Of a stretch of DNA of 64,000 nucleotides, positions 1 to 10,750 are shown piece after piece (the stretch's first letter is position 1; each line of letters opens with the position of its first letter). Made by a program: the position numbers and the translations under genes. The stretch is from Microbotryum violaceum (Eukaryota): NCBI GenBank assembly GCA_001244265.2, contig CDLV01000005.1, positions 2,418,001 to 2,482,000 of the forward strand. Direction: 5' to 3'. The notes beneath the pieces are model-generated. The model saw only the letters and a program-made list of their open reading frames with translations, was not told the DNA's origin and searched no databases.

Positions 1-72
1 GATCAATTTTGGATTCGGCAACCCCCCACATCTTCAGCTGATGCGCAGCGTAACTTGTAATTTCAACCATAG

Positions 73-1086
73 GGCGCTGGTCAGTTGTTCAAAGAGGTCA
101 AGAGACGGTACGGAGAGGACGGTATTGCGTTCCTCTTGGACGAAGGCGGTCTCGGCGTCAGTGCAGATTTCTTCGGGCGACCGATGGCGCTGCCCGGCAC
201 GGGCGAGAAAGGCTACATGGATTTGACCATGACCCTACATACACCCGGTGGTCATTCGAGCATCCCACCTCCGCATACTGGGATCGGTATCATGTCAAGC
301 CTGATTCACAACCTCGAGTCGACCGAATTCGAGCCGCGACTTTCTACGACTTCGCCCATCTTCAACCTGTTGCAATGCGCCGCCGCCCACGGCAAGCTCG
401 ACCAGTCGCTCAAATCGGCCGTACTGGACGGCTCACAGAAGGGGAAGAAGGGGAAGAAAGGCCGGAAGCGTTTGGCCAGCTTGTATGCTGCTCAAGGCCG
501 CGAGTCGAGGTACCTCGTTACGACGAGCCAAGCTGTCGACGTCATCTCGGGTGGGATCAAGGTCAACGCTTTGCCAGAGACGGTCACTGCGGTGGTCAAC
601 TACCGTATCTCGGTCGACGAGTCGACTCAATTCGTCAAAGATCGCCTTCTCAAACATGTAGGACGACTTGCCAAGCTCCACAATCTGGACGTCGAGGCGT
701 TCGGATCGACGTGGCGCAATGCGTCCTCATCTTCGTTGATTGCGAAAGGTGGTCTCTTGCGACTGTCAACGGGCACGACCGAGATCGCTCCTGCTCCGAA
801 CTCGCCGATCGATGGGCCGAGCTGGAAGGTGCTGGCTCAATCGATTCGACAGACCTTCAAGGACAAGTACCCCGACCTGGTCGTCTCCCCTGCGATGGAC
901 ACGGGCAACACCGACAGCAGCTTCTACCTTCGGCTGACGCGCAACGTTTACCGCTTCGGCCCGACCGATCCGAGTGCGAACGAGAGGATCCACACGGTGG
1001 ATGAACATGTCAATATGGATGATCATCTTAACGGGGTCGTGTTTTACCACGAGTTGTTGCGTAATGCGGATGCTGCGGACATGTGA
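73..1086 (+). CDS. M20 family Gly-Xaa carboxypeptidase (carboxypeptidase S-like), last exon only; 5' part lies outside the window
   Basis: LLDEGG, GEKGY, GGHSSIPP, GGIKVNALPE, TGNTDS and IHTVDE motifs typical of M20A/CPS1 peptidases; acceptor ccatag at about 67-72; TGA at 1084-1086. Confidence 0.9.
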   Translation, partial: GAGQLFKEVKRRYGEDGIAFLLDEGGLGVSADFFGRPMALPGTGEKGYMDLTMTLHTPGGHSSIPPPHTGIGIMSSLIHNLESTEFEPRLSTTSPIFNLLQCAAAHGKLDQSLKSAVLDGSQKGKKGKKGRKRLASLYAAQGRESRYLVTTSQAVDVISGGIKVNALPETVTAVVNYRISVDESTQFVKDRLLKHVGRLAKLHNLDVEAFGSTWRNASSSSLIAKGGLLRLSTGTTEIAPAPNSPIDGPSWKVLAQSIRQTFKDKYPDLVVSPAMDTGNTDSSFYLRLTRNVYRFGPTDPSANERIHTVDEHVNMDDHLNGVVFYHELLRNADAADM

Positions 1087-1279
1087 AATTACTGGACCTC
1101 TTCCTTCGAAACGATCCGACAGCTGCTGATGCCTCGAGAGAGGCAAGATCTTGTACTGAACAAGGAGAGTCTACCAGCGATCACTTTGGCACAGTCCTTT
1201 GTCGCACGACCTCGGCTGGGGTCTGGGGCTTGCCAAGTACCACTGGGTCGTTCCCAAGCTTGAGCCGCTTCGAGACCCA

Positions 1280-2856
1280 ATGCGCACACCGCCAGTCACT
1301 ATCCTCCCCGACGAGCTGCTCCATCGCATCTTTTGCTTCGTGCAGTCCGAGCCGCTGTCGACCGCCCCGCTGCCCTCCTCCCGCCGTGCGGGCTCGCTAT
1401 CGACTGCGCCGTCCGCGCCCGCGACTAGTCTCGGCAACGCGATCTCGTTCCAACTGGCGCGCATCCGAGCCTCACTGGAATGCTTGCGCAATCAGAATGG
1501 CCAAGCAGAGCGCATCAGTCAGAGGATGGATCAGATGGGCCTGTATGGACTGTCGACCGATCGGTCGAGTCCCGAGCTGATGGCGAGCAGGGCCCGCGTG
1601 GCCGCGTTACGATCGTTCTCGCTCGTTCATCGTCGATGGACACCGATCGCCCAACGCTTGCTCTTCTCCAGCGTCGCCATCACCCTTGAGCTACAGGCTA
1701 AAGAGATGTTTCACTCTCTTACCCCACGAACGCACAGATTTCAGTCGCTGAGCATCACCGGCGTCAGTAACGGCGCGGTCGAAGCGCTGTTGTCGCGCGT
1801 CCAGGCGGTGGCCCAGCTCAGGCTCGCGCTCGTACAGGAGTCACATAATGCAGTGGGTTTTCAAGGGTCCATATTGCTTTCTCCCGGATTAAAAGGTGGA
1901 TGCTCGTCGTCCACCGTGCTGGGGGATCTTTGGCTGATCTAAAGTTGGGAAACGCTCTCTCCCTTTCTCTCTCTCTCGCGACGCCCCCGCCCCGATCGGA
2001 CTTAGATCTCGACACGCTCGTGCTCGGCGACCCGTTCCGGTTCACCGACTGGCCCGACCCTTGGCCTACGCACCTACGACGCTTGTCCATTACATCGTCC
2101 GCATTCTTCGATTCGAGCGAGCAAGACCATAGTCGGCCAGTCACACGCCACTTGCCTCCCACGCTCTCGGAGCTCCACTTTCGAATGCGCGGTGCGGACC
2201 AGCTTCCTCACCAGCTTCACCTCTTGATCGAGGCGCTGCCGTCGAACTCGGTCGCACCCACTCCTTCCTTACCCGACCAACACCAACTCCAACTCTAATA
2301 CCTAACCCTCACCTTGGACATAGTTCCTGCTCACTATGACTCGACCCACGAACTCGACCAAGAACCCGACGCCGACGATTCACTCGAAACGTCTCGTCGG
2401 ATCGACCACTTTGCACAAGCAGTCACCGACCTCATTCTCTCCGCTCAGTTCCCTACCTCGCTCCAACACCTCAGCATTCAATTCATCATCCCCAACCTGA
2501 ACAAAGTGACGCTTTGGGAGACCGATCTGTTTTGGGGAAGGGGAAGCGAAAACGGTCATTGGGATTGGCGGGTCTATCCGAGTATGAGGGGCTGGGTTCA
2601 TGTGGAGGAAATGTGCGGAGCGAGGGATCGAATTCGAGATGAGCCGCTTCACGAGAGATCACGAAGAAAGGACGTTTTGGATGAACAGGTCGAACAGCTG
2701 AGCACCATGAAATTGGGTGGAGATGTTTTTAATGCGGGGGGTTGGTATTACTGGAAACATGTACACGCGTTTACACAAAAAAGAGATGGGGTAAGGCACG
2801 GAGCAATGTATTATTTTGACGTTCCTGCTATTAGGTTCCAGGTCGTACCGTTTTGA
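1280..2856 (+). pseudogene. F-box-like/LRR-like protein with one in-frame TAA (2296-2298); pseudogene or truncated allele
   Basis: N-terminal LPDELLHRIF F-box-like motif; WTPIAQRLLF; repeated LxxLxI/L segments; probable intron 1896-2005; ORFs 1900-2298 and 2314-2856 are in the same frame separated by a single TAA. Confidence 0.6.
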
Positions 2857-3960
2857 TTTGGAATGTACCTGCACGCATCACACCGCACTACCCCGTCAGT
2901 AACGATTTCCGAAAGAAAGGTTGGTAGAGGACTTGACGTGCATTGGGGTATGCCTGCTGATTCGGCCGAGACTGCGCACGGCACACCGAGGTTGGACAAG
3001 GCGCCTCGGATGATCCCATTCGGGAATGCGAGGAACTGCAGGGAGGGACTGAACTGATCAACTTACGCATTCAGGTGGGGATGAAGGACTCACAAATTTG
3101 ACTCTTCGATTGAGCTCGTGCGCCTGGCCTGGTCCGGGATTCCCACTGAGCCTCAGTAGCGGTTTGAGCCCATTGTCATGTAGAACGTAGACGCCTCGAT
3201 GGTTCGTGCGTAGGTTATCGATCTGCTTGTCGTAGAGTTCAATCCAGAGGTCCTTGCAGATGAACTTGACCGCTTCAAGGGGGTCCGGAATGGGGGCTAG
3301 AGAGAGGACTGAGGCGCCGACGGGGTTCGTGGTGGTGGAGGTTGTGGCTGGTGTGCTGGGGAACCGAGGTCGGTCGCGTGCTAGTCTGGGGCGGAGGGAG
3401 GGAGTAGGATCAGTCGAGGTGCGGGAAAAAAAAAGTGGATCGCTATAGCTCACTTTTCTGCCATGGCCCATCCGACTTTGAAACCCATCTTGTCGAGCCT
3501 GGACCGGACAGCTTCGTCGGCTTCGTCTTGATTCGGTGGGGGGAAGGTGGAGGATTTGGAGGGGACAGAGGGTGCCATCGCCGCGGACGTCTTGCCGTTG
3601 CCGTTGCTGGTATTGAGGGTAACTGAGGAGGTGGCTCGTGCGAGTTTGAGATCGTGTTCGACTTGTCGTTCGTAGGCGATCCGTCGTTCTCGCGCGACGG
3701 ACTCGGAAGTGATGATGGTCCGAATTACCTGGGTGTTTTGCAGCAAGTCCATCAGGTTCAGATAAGCACACACCACAACACGTGAGTTCACTCACCTCTT
3801 GCATCATGTACTCGAACAGGTGCTGGTCTACCATTGTGGGCGGTGGATCGGCGAGCGCGGTCAGCTGCGGGGTGATGAGCGACGTCGAGGACAGGTTCAC
3901 GTTCGTCGTTGAGGAGGTGTTGTGCTGCAAAGAGCCGAGTGCTCTGGAGCGTGAAGCCAT
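2831..3960 (-). CDS. TRS33: TRAPP complex subunit Trs33/TRAPPC6, multi-exon
   Basis: RLDKMGFKVG, KFICKDLW...KQIDNLRTNHRGVYVLHDN, FPNGIIRGAL and C-terminal CTFQIK (via GC-AG intron 2869-2941); TAA at 2831-2833. Confidence 0.93.
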
Positions 3961-4064
3961 GGTGAACAGGCAGGTGCGTTAAATGGATGCTGTATGTAAG
4001 CAGAGGGAGAGAGGGGCGGCTCGGAGGCACACTGGCTGTCAGCTGTCGCAGACTAAGTGCCTGT

Positions 4065-4085
4065 GCTCAGCGCTCAGCGCTCAGC
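4065..4085. promoter_or_regulatory. (GCTCAGC)x3 tandem motif in the TRS33/ARP5 divergent promoter
   Basis: Three direct copies seen in sequence; similar triplet at 31434-31455. Function is inferred only. Confidence 0.4.
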
Positions 4086-4216
4086 TTCCCCCACACGAGT
4101 TGGGCCGGCGCGCTTGAGCTGAGGTGCTGTGCTGACGTGGGCATGGGCTCTCGCTCCTCCCACTTCTCAAGCTTTCGAAACGGAAACAGTGCTTTGTCTC
4201 GGGCCAAGACCCAGAC

Positions 4217-7200
4217 ATGGCCAGGTCCAGAGAGGTGTACCCGATACCGGATCAGCCCTACGCCTCGGGCTCAACCTCGCACCTCGCACCTGCCTCGTCG
4301 CACAACTCGAACTCGCACCCGTCAACGACGCCCATCATCATCGACAATGGCTCCACCACGCTCCGAGCCGGATACGCCGTCGATCCTAACCCAAGTCTGA
4401 TCGTCGACAACCTCAACTCGAGGTACCGCGACCGCAAGACGAATCGGACCATCATGCTCGCCGGCCAGCACGTCTACGCCGATGCCGCCAGTCGCAGCAA
4501 CATAAAGTCACCCCATGAGAACGATGTCGTCGTCAACTTTGATGTCATGGTCAGTTTGCGATGAGACTCACCTCTTCTCGATGCTGCATCTCCCGTGCGC
4601 TCGTGCTCCTGCTGAAACCCCTGTCCTGTCCTGTTCTTCCCCCCAACCCCCCACAGGAGAACATGCTCGACTACGTCTTTCACCAACTCAACATATCCTC
4701 GTCCGACGCCAGCATAGACCATCCTATCATCATGACCGAGGCCTTGGGCAATCCACACTATGCTCGATCACGTACGTCCCCCCCAACTCCGTTCTTGCTA
4801 CCCACACGAGACTGATTTCGATCCATTCCGACACAGTCATGTCCGAACTCTTGTTCGAAGGCTACAACGCACCCTCGGTCGCATATGGTATCGATTCCCT
4901 TTTCGCCTTCCATCAATCCCCTTCTACCACCCAAGACGGACTCGTCATTAGCTCGAGCACAAGTTCGACTCATGTCATTCCCGTTCTCGGAGGCAAGGCG
5001 ATCACCTCTGCCGCCAAAAAGTGAGCCGAAAGCACAAGGGTACAAGCTGCGTCAAGGACCTCATACTCAACTTTTGGTTTTCTTTTGTGACAGACTCAAT
5101 TGGGGTGGATCACATGCGTCCGAATACATGCTCAAGCTCATGCAGCTCAAATACCCCACCTTCCCCGGCAGGTTATCCAGTTTTCAAGCGGGCGTAAGTT
5201 TGCACGTATGACCTTCTCATAGGCGACTGACTGATCTACCATTGTGGTTGAACCTATAGTGTATCTATCGCCAACATTGCTACGTCTCGGAAGATTATCG
5301 CGCCGATCTGCAGGCCATGGCCGACCCTGTCAAAATGGTCGACGTGAATCGGATCGTGCAATTCCCCTTCATTCCTCCGGTACGTAGCTCGGCATAATTC
5401 AGCTCAGCAAAATCATTTCGTCGCCGATTTTTTTCTTTCTCCTTCTAGATCGTCGAGGAGAAGACGGAAGAAGAATTGGCGAAGGCCGCGGACAAGAAGA
5501 AGGAAAGTGGACGACGATTACAAGAGCAAGTGCAAAAGCAGAGATCGGAAAAAGTTCGTTTTTAAAGTTTTGCCCCCCCCCCCCCCCCCACTTGAACGTG
5601 TAGTCTCAACTCACTTTCGTCTGATCCTTTCAAAACAGATGGCACGACAAGAAGAAGAACTTTTGACGTTCGGCGAGTTGCGAGCTTCCAAAGCGAATGG
5701 TCGTCGGGTCGATTTTGAGAAGCGTTTGAAAGCGGCGGGATTCATTTCGGAGGAAGATCTGGACGAGTACCTCAAGAAAGTGGAAAAGAGTTTGACCAAA
5801 GCGAGGAATAAGGATTTGGGAATCGTTGAAGATGATCAGAATAAGGTACGTGAGGAGGAGGTGAAGGGGAAGTGTGAAATGCATATAGGTGGGGAAAGAT
5901 GACCTGATCTCTTTTTTGGACTGTCGAACATGGTACAGGAACCGCCGGTGTTTCCTCTCGTCGATGTGCCCGACCATACGTTGAATGAAGCCGATCTCAA
6001 GGAGAAGCGACGACAACGCTTGATGAAGGCCGGGTACGACGCGAGGATCCGCATGAAGGCTGAGAAAGAGCAGGAGAACTTGATTGAGCAGGAGCGAAGG
6101 AGGTTGGATGACGAGAAACGGATAACGGACTTTGAGGGTTGGATCAGGGGAATGAGGAAGGAACATGAGGTGAGAGAGTCGCTCCCTCATATTAATATTT
6201 GGATGGAAACTTACGGAGTGGATTCATCCCGTTGTGCCTGTGCACAGGACGTGATGAACAAGATCAAAGAAGGCAAGAAGCGAAGGCAACAACTTGGCGA
6301 TCGCAAATCCTTGGCTGCGCAAAACCGGATGAAGAACATCGCCAACCTCGCCAGCGATGCCAACACCCCTGGAGGAGGTGGGGGACCCAAAAAGAGGAAA
6401 AGGACGGAACAGGATGACGGGTTCGGCAAGAACGACGATGATTGGGCCGTGTATCGTGAGATCGTACGTCGCTGGATCATGCAACTTCGAGTCTTCCGTC
6501 TGCATGGAAGCTGATACCGCATGGGTCACCACGTACAGGGACCGGCAGACGACTCGGACGACGAGGAAGACGACCAGATTTTTCTGGACGCGATTGAAGC
6601 CAGGCTTTTGCAACATGATCCCAACTTCAGCCTCGACGATACCGCCGTGCGTCTGGCCCAACGACGTCACCGATTGCTCAATGCGTTCGTTCGAGGTCTC
6701 GCACCCGACGATCCGCTCGACACGTACGATCCTGAATCGATCGAGCACAACTCCCAGTTGCATCTCAACGTCGAGAGGATCCGTGTACCCGAAGTGGTGT
6801 GGCAACCTGGAATGGCGGGCGTCGATCAAGCTGGGCTCGGGGAGATCTTGGAGAATGCGTTGAGGGGTTATCCGCAAGAGGTCAAGGACCGATTGACCAA
6901 TGTGAGTCGGCCGCTGCTCATTGAGGTCATGGTCTTGTCTTGACCGAATGGAGAGACTCTCTTTCATAGAACATTTTCGTGACCGGAGGCAACACTCTTA
7001 CACCGCAATTCGACACCCGCTTACGAACGACCTTACGTCCCATCCTCTCCGTCGCTGCACCACTCAACATCGTTCGAGCTGCACCAGATTCGTTGGACTC
7101 TTGGAGAGGGATGGCCAAATGGAGTCAAGGTGATGGAGGAGGGGATTCGTATGCGAAGGCAAGGATCACGAGGGCGGAATATCAAGAGTATGGCGCGGAC

Positions 7201-7236
7201 TGGTTCAAGGGACATGAGTGGGGGAATTGGCCTTGA
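4217..7236 (+). CDS. ARP5: Actin-related protein 5 (INO80 complex), multi-exon
   Basis: PIIIDNGS...RAGY, MSELLFEGY, LNWGG...LMQLKYPTFP, charged insert EKRRQRLMKAGYDAR, DDGFGKNDDDWAVYREI, LHLNVERIRVPEV, TGGNTL, EYQEYG...HEWGN. Confidence 0.95.
5573..5589 (+). repeat. C17 homopolymer inside an ARP5 intron
   Basis: Run of C seen directly. Confidence 0.85.
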
Positions 7237-8505
7237 GAGGCATTTCAGAGAGGAACACGTAACTTTGTGCGACTGCATGGTGATTAAAATCTACCAAATA
7301 CATTCTGCTGGTGCTTGGAGGCGTCTGTTAGATCAAACTAATCCGTGGTGCATGCGCGACTCGATACGTGCACCCAAAACTACAAAACAGAAAGAGTAAT
7401 ACTAGGGAAACCAGAAACGGTTCACGAGGGAGGCTCAACGTAGGAGTCGGATCTGACTAGGCTACTCAGGCACCCATCACCGGCCACGTAGCACCGCCAA
7501 CGCAGAGCACGGAGATGAAACCAATCCGAAAGCAACCGAACAGAAGAGATAAAGAAATCTTGTCCGACCGAGGTGGGAGAAGACTTGGAGACCGTATGCA
7601 TCGTTACAGAATGAGTCATCTCCTCGATATGACGCCATGCGGTGACGTGCCTCCACCTCTTCACCTCTGCCGAAACCGAGTGCGGCGGTGCTCGCGGCCG
7701 ATCTAAAGCGAGTTCGCGGACAGGGGACCGTGCAACCCCACATCGAGGTCAACAAAAACCTCGGAAAGACCGAATACCTTGTCGATCGAGCTCGGTCAAG
7801 TTTCAGCAAGTAGGATGAGCTCTGAGGGTCACCCCATGATTAAGATCGTAGCGATCGATACAGCGATTGTCGCTCCAGCAGCTTTACTCGTGCTGGGACG
7901 ACCTGAATTTGACCTTGATTCACTGCGAATCCCGAACGCCGGGTCCGCCGCCGGACTGGCATGCGGGGCCGGGTTCACGAGAGAGCTCCCGCGTGGCGAT
8001 TTGACTCCTATACAAGTAGGGTGGGACAAAATTGTTCCTACTCAAAGAAGGAAAAAGATAACATTTACGTCTAAGTTGAACCATTGTTGATCAGAAAATT
8101 GGCAGGGTTCGCTGCCTAGATCGTTGACGCTCAAGCTCTCCACGGCGGTCTTCCGAAAGGAGGCCACCGAATTGACCAGATTAAGTCTGAGAGAAGAATA
8201 AAAACTGAATATGGGGCACATAATATTTTACAGTACAATTTAAACTATCATGATGGGTCTTGATCGCACTACTCTGAGCTTGAACGAACTTTGGCTGGCC
8301 TTGCCCTCGTTTGCTTTTCGGCTGGGAGCGAGCTAGTGGGCAGCGCGGCCTTCTCAACCACCCTCGGTTCTTCGCCTTCTGTGACTGCACCTTGCACCTT
8401 GAACCTACGTACCTCGCCCCTCCCTGGATGACGGTCAAACATGGCTGCGACTGCCTCGGATACGCTTAGAGGTCGTCCCAGGCGCCCTTCTCTCAGGAGA
8501 CGAAC

Positions 8506-9298
8506 TTGCGCAGTGCGCTGATTTCCCTCGTCGGCAAGATCGATGGCAAGTCACTTTCCCAGATCGGCAGAGCGCCTTCGCAGTCCGTATTTACTCCAGA
8601 ATCACTTAACGAGCAAGCCCTAGCTGATTCTCTACGCCGTCAATCACGGCACCCTGTTCAGTCGCTATCGCTTGGAAAACAACGGGCCAAAGCGAGGTCG
8701 GCTGCTCCTCGATGCGATCGTCCGACACCTCGAGGACTTCATGGTTCGCAACAGTAAAATGAACCAAGCCGTCTTCCCATCCATCGTCTTAAGCTCAAGG
8801 AGGAGAATCTGCTCCATCACCGAAATCGCCAGCCATCGATCGAGCGATGAATGGGAGGCTGCATTCTGCGACGGTGGAAAACCATGCAAAGTCGCCACGT
8901 TTTTTGTTGGCTGGTCCGAGCAAAGCTTGCTCGTCATCGCAGCCCGCCAGGCCGATCCCCTCGTCTCGGCGTCTACCAGGCTTGGCCAGATCCGCGACGG
9001 CCCGCCCGATACTAACCGCGTGGTCTTCGTGAGCGCCAATGACTTCTTCGTGCACGGTGACCGAGCAAGCTCGCTCGAGCCGATGGACGTGGACTCTGAC
9101 TCCGCTTTGGCCGTAAACAAATCCCATTCGCGGAACTACCGCATTGCATCAATAAAAATTGATAGGTGAGGCCCTGCGAAGACAGAGGGGGTCGATACAG
9201 GCTCGCAGCTTTCGGGGTTTGGTCGCATCCTCGAGTGAGTTGGAGCGACTTTATCGCGCATGATGTTTCCCAGGTGTCGTTACGGATCAGAACTGTAG
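8506..9298 (+). other. Possible lineage-specific spliced gene or decayed gene remnant
   Basis: ORF 8672-9169 is bracketed by an acceptor (ttcag, about 8661) and a donor (ag|gtgagg, about 9165); a short terminal exon could end at TAG 9296-9298. No recognisable family; 5' end unclear. Confidence 0.3.
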
Positions 9299-10750
9299 AG
9301 CATACTAGCTTCATACGGACAATCATCACGAATACATGTCGTACGGTGGACAATTCACATTGAAGGCTAGGCATCCTACGAGACACTCGATTCACTCCTG
9401 AGCCACTTCAGAGCCGCCCTTGAGCCTGCCCGGAATGCTGCGCCAAGGTCAGGCCCGATCGAGATTCGAAGGGCTCAAGTGTTGATCTGGTCAGATGCTA
9501 CCTGCCTAACCTGCCTAGTAGATATTGAGTTCTTGCGACCATCTCTTGCTTGGTTCGATACCCTAAAAGGCTCTACTACACAAGCACCACTTGCATGAAC
9601 GGACATCGTCGTTAGATCGAAAGTTGGGCCTGCTCCGCTCAGCGGCACTGGCTCATTTTTCGAGCTCGCGTCGGTCGACTAATTATAAATTTGCACTGCC
9701 CCTCGGACGTTTAAGGAGGGAGCAACTTTTGGGACCTGCAATTCCGATCATCGGCTTCAGGATTTCAGAGTCCTTATCGAAGGCTCGTCAACGGCCGGGG
9801 GTCCGACTCGAACGATCACAACTGGGGTACCGACACCTTGCCCCAAGGAATAGGAAAAATTTAACGTTCAAAGAGTGCATTGAAACCGGAGACGCACAGC
9901 AATTCCTGAATCTTGGTTCGGGTGTCGGCGTTCTGTCTCTTCGACCGGCGGCGACCGGCTCGTTGCTAGAGGGGACCCACGGGCGGGCCGAGCAAGCAAG
10001 CCGAGGAGGATGCGCCAACGAGTGCTCGACCAGGCTCGTTGCTTCTACACCAACTTATTCTCGTTCGCAATTAGCCGACTGCTCTCTCTCCGATGATTTA
10101 AATTCTTATTTTTTATGGCTTTTCCGTCCGCTTCCCCAGTTTTGCGTCCCCTTGTTTGAGTCGCTGGCCCGCCGGTTTCTTCGCGGGGCCGTGTCGTGGG
10201 CAAATCTGGCCCCAAGCCTAAACACTTTACTCATTGTTTCATGATATCAACTAAGTGAAAGTTGGCCAGATGATCTCCCAACTGACAATTCTGAGGATAA
10301 TGACTCGCCTCGTCGCTTTCGACGAGTCGAGCGACAAAGCGACCGATCGCTGGGCCTCTCACGGCCTCCGGCGGGCTCGGCTGAAACTGGCTCGGTCGAC
10401 CGATCGGTGCTGATTCGCTTCATCCAGCTGAGCACGACGAGTGACCTAACCCTTCTCCACGCCTATCCAGCCGAAGCCACTGCTCGCTTCCACCGCTCGA
10501 CGTTGGAATCGTTCACCCGGGACATACGGTCTGGTCCAGCCCCTCGACGTGCGTTCGTTCGAGCGAGAACGCGGCGCAGTTGGCGCATCGCACCGTCGCC
10601 GACGACCGAGCGGTCCGGTCTATCTGCGTCCCGGTCGGTCGCACAGCCCTCCACACCCCTGATCCAAGCGGAGGGCTGCCGGTGCCATCCCCATCTACAT
10701 CGTCCGGGTACATCGCAACTCCAATAGGAGTACCATCTCGACGAACAGTG

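Noticed and set aside
9591-10244. 217-aa ORF
   Set aside because: Non-ATG start, no recognisable motif, atypical composition; likely spurious in GC-rich DNA.
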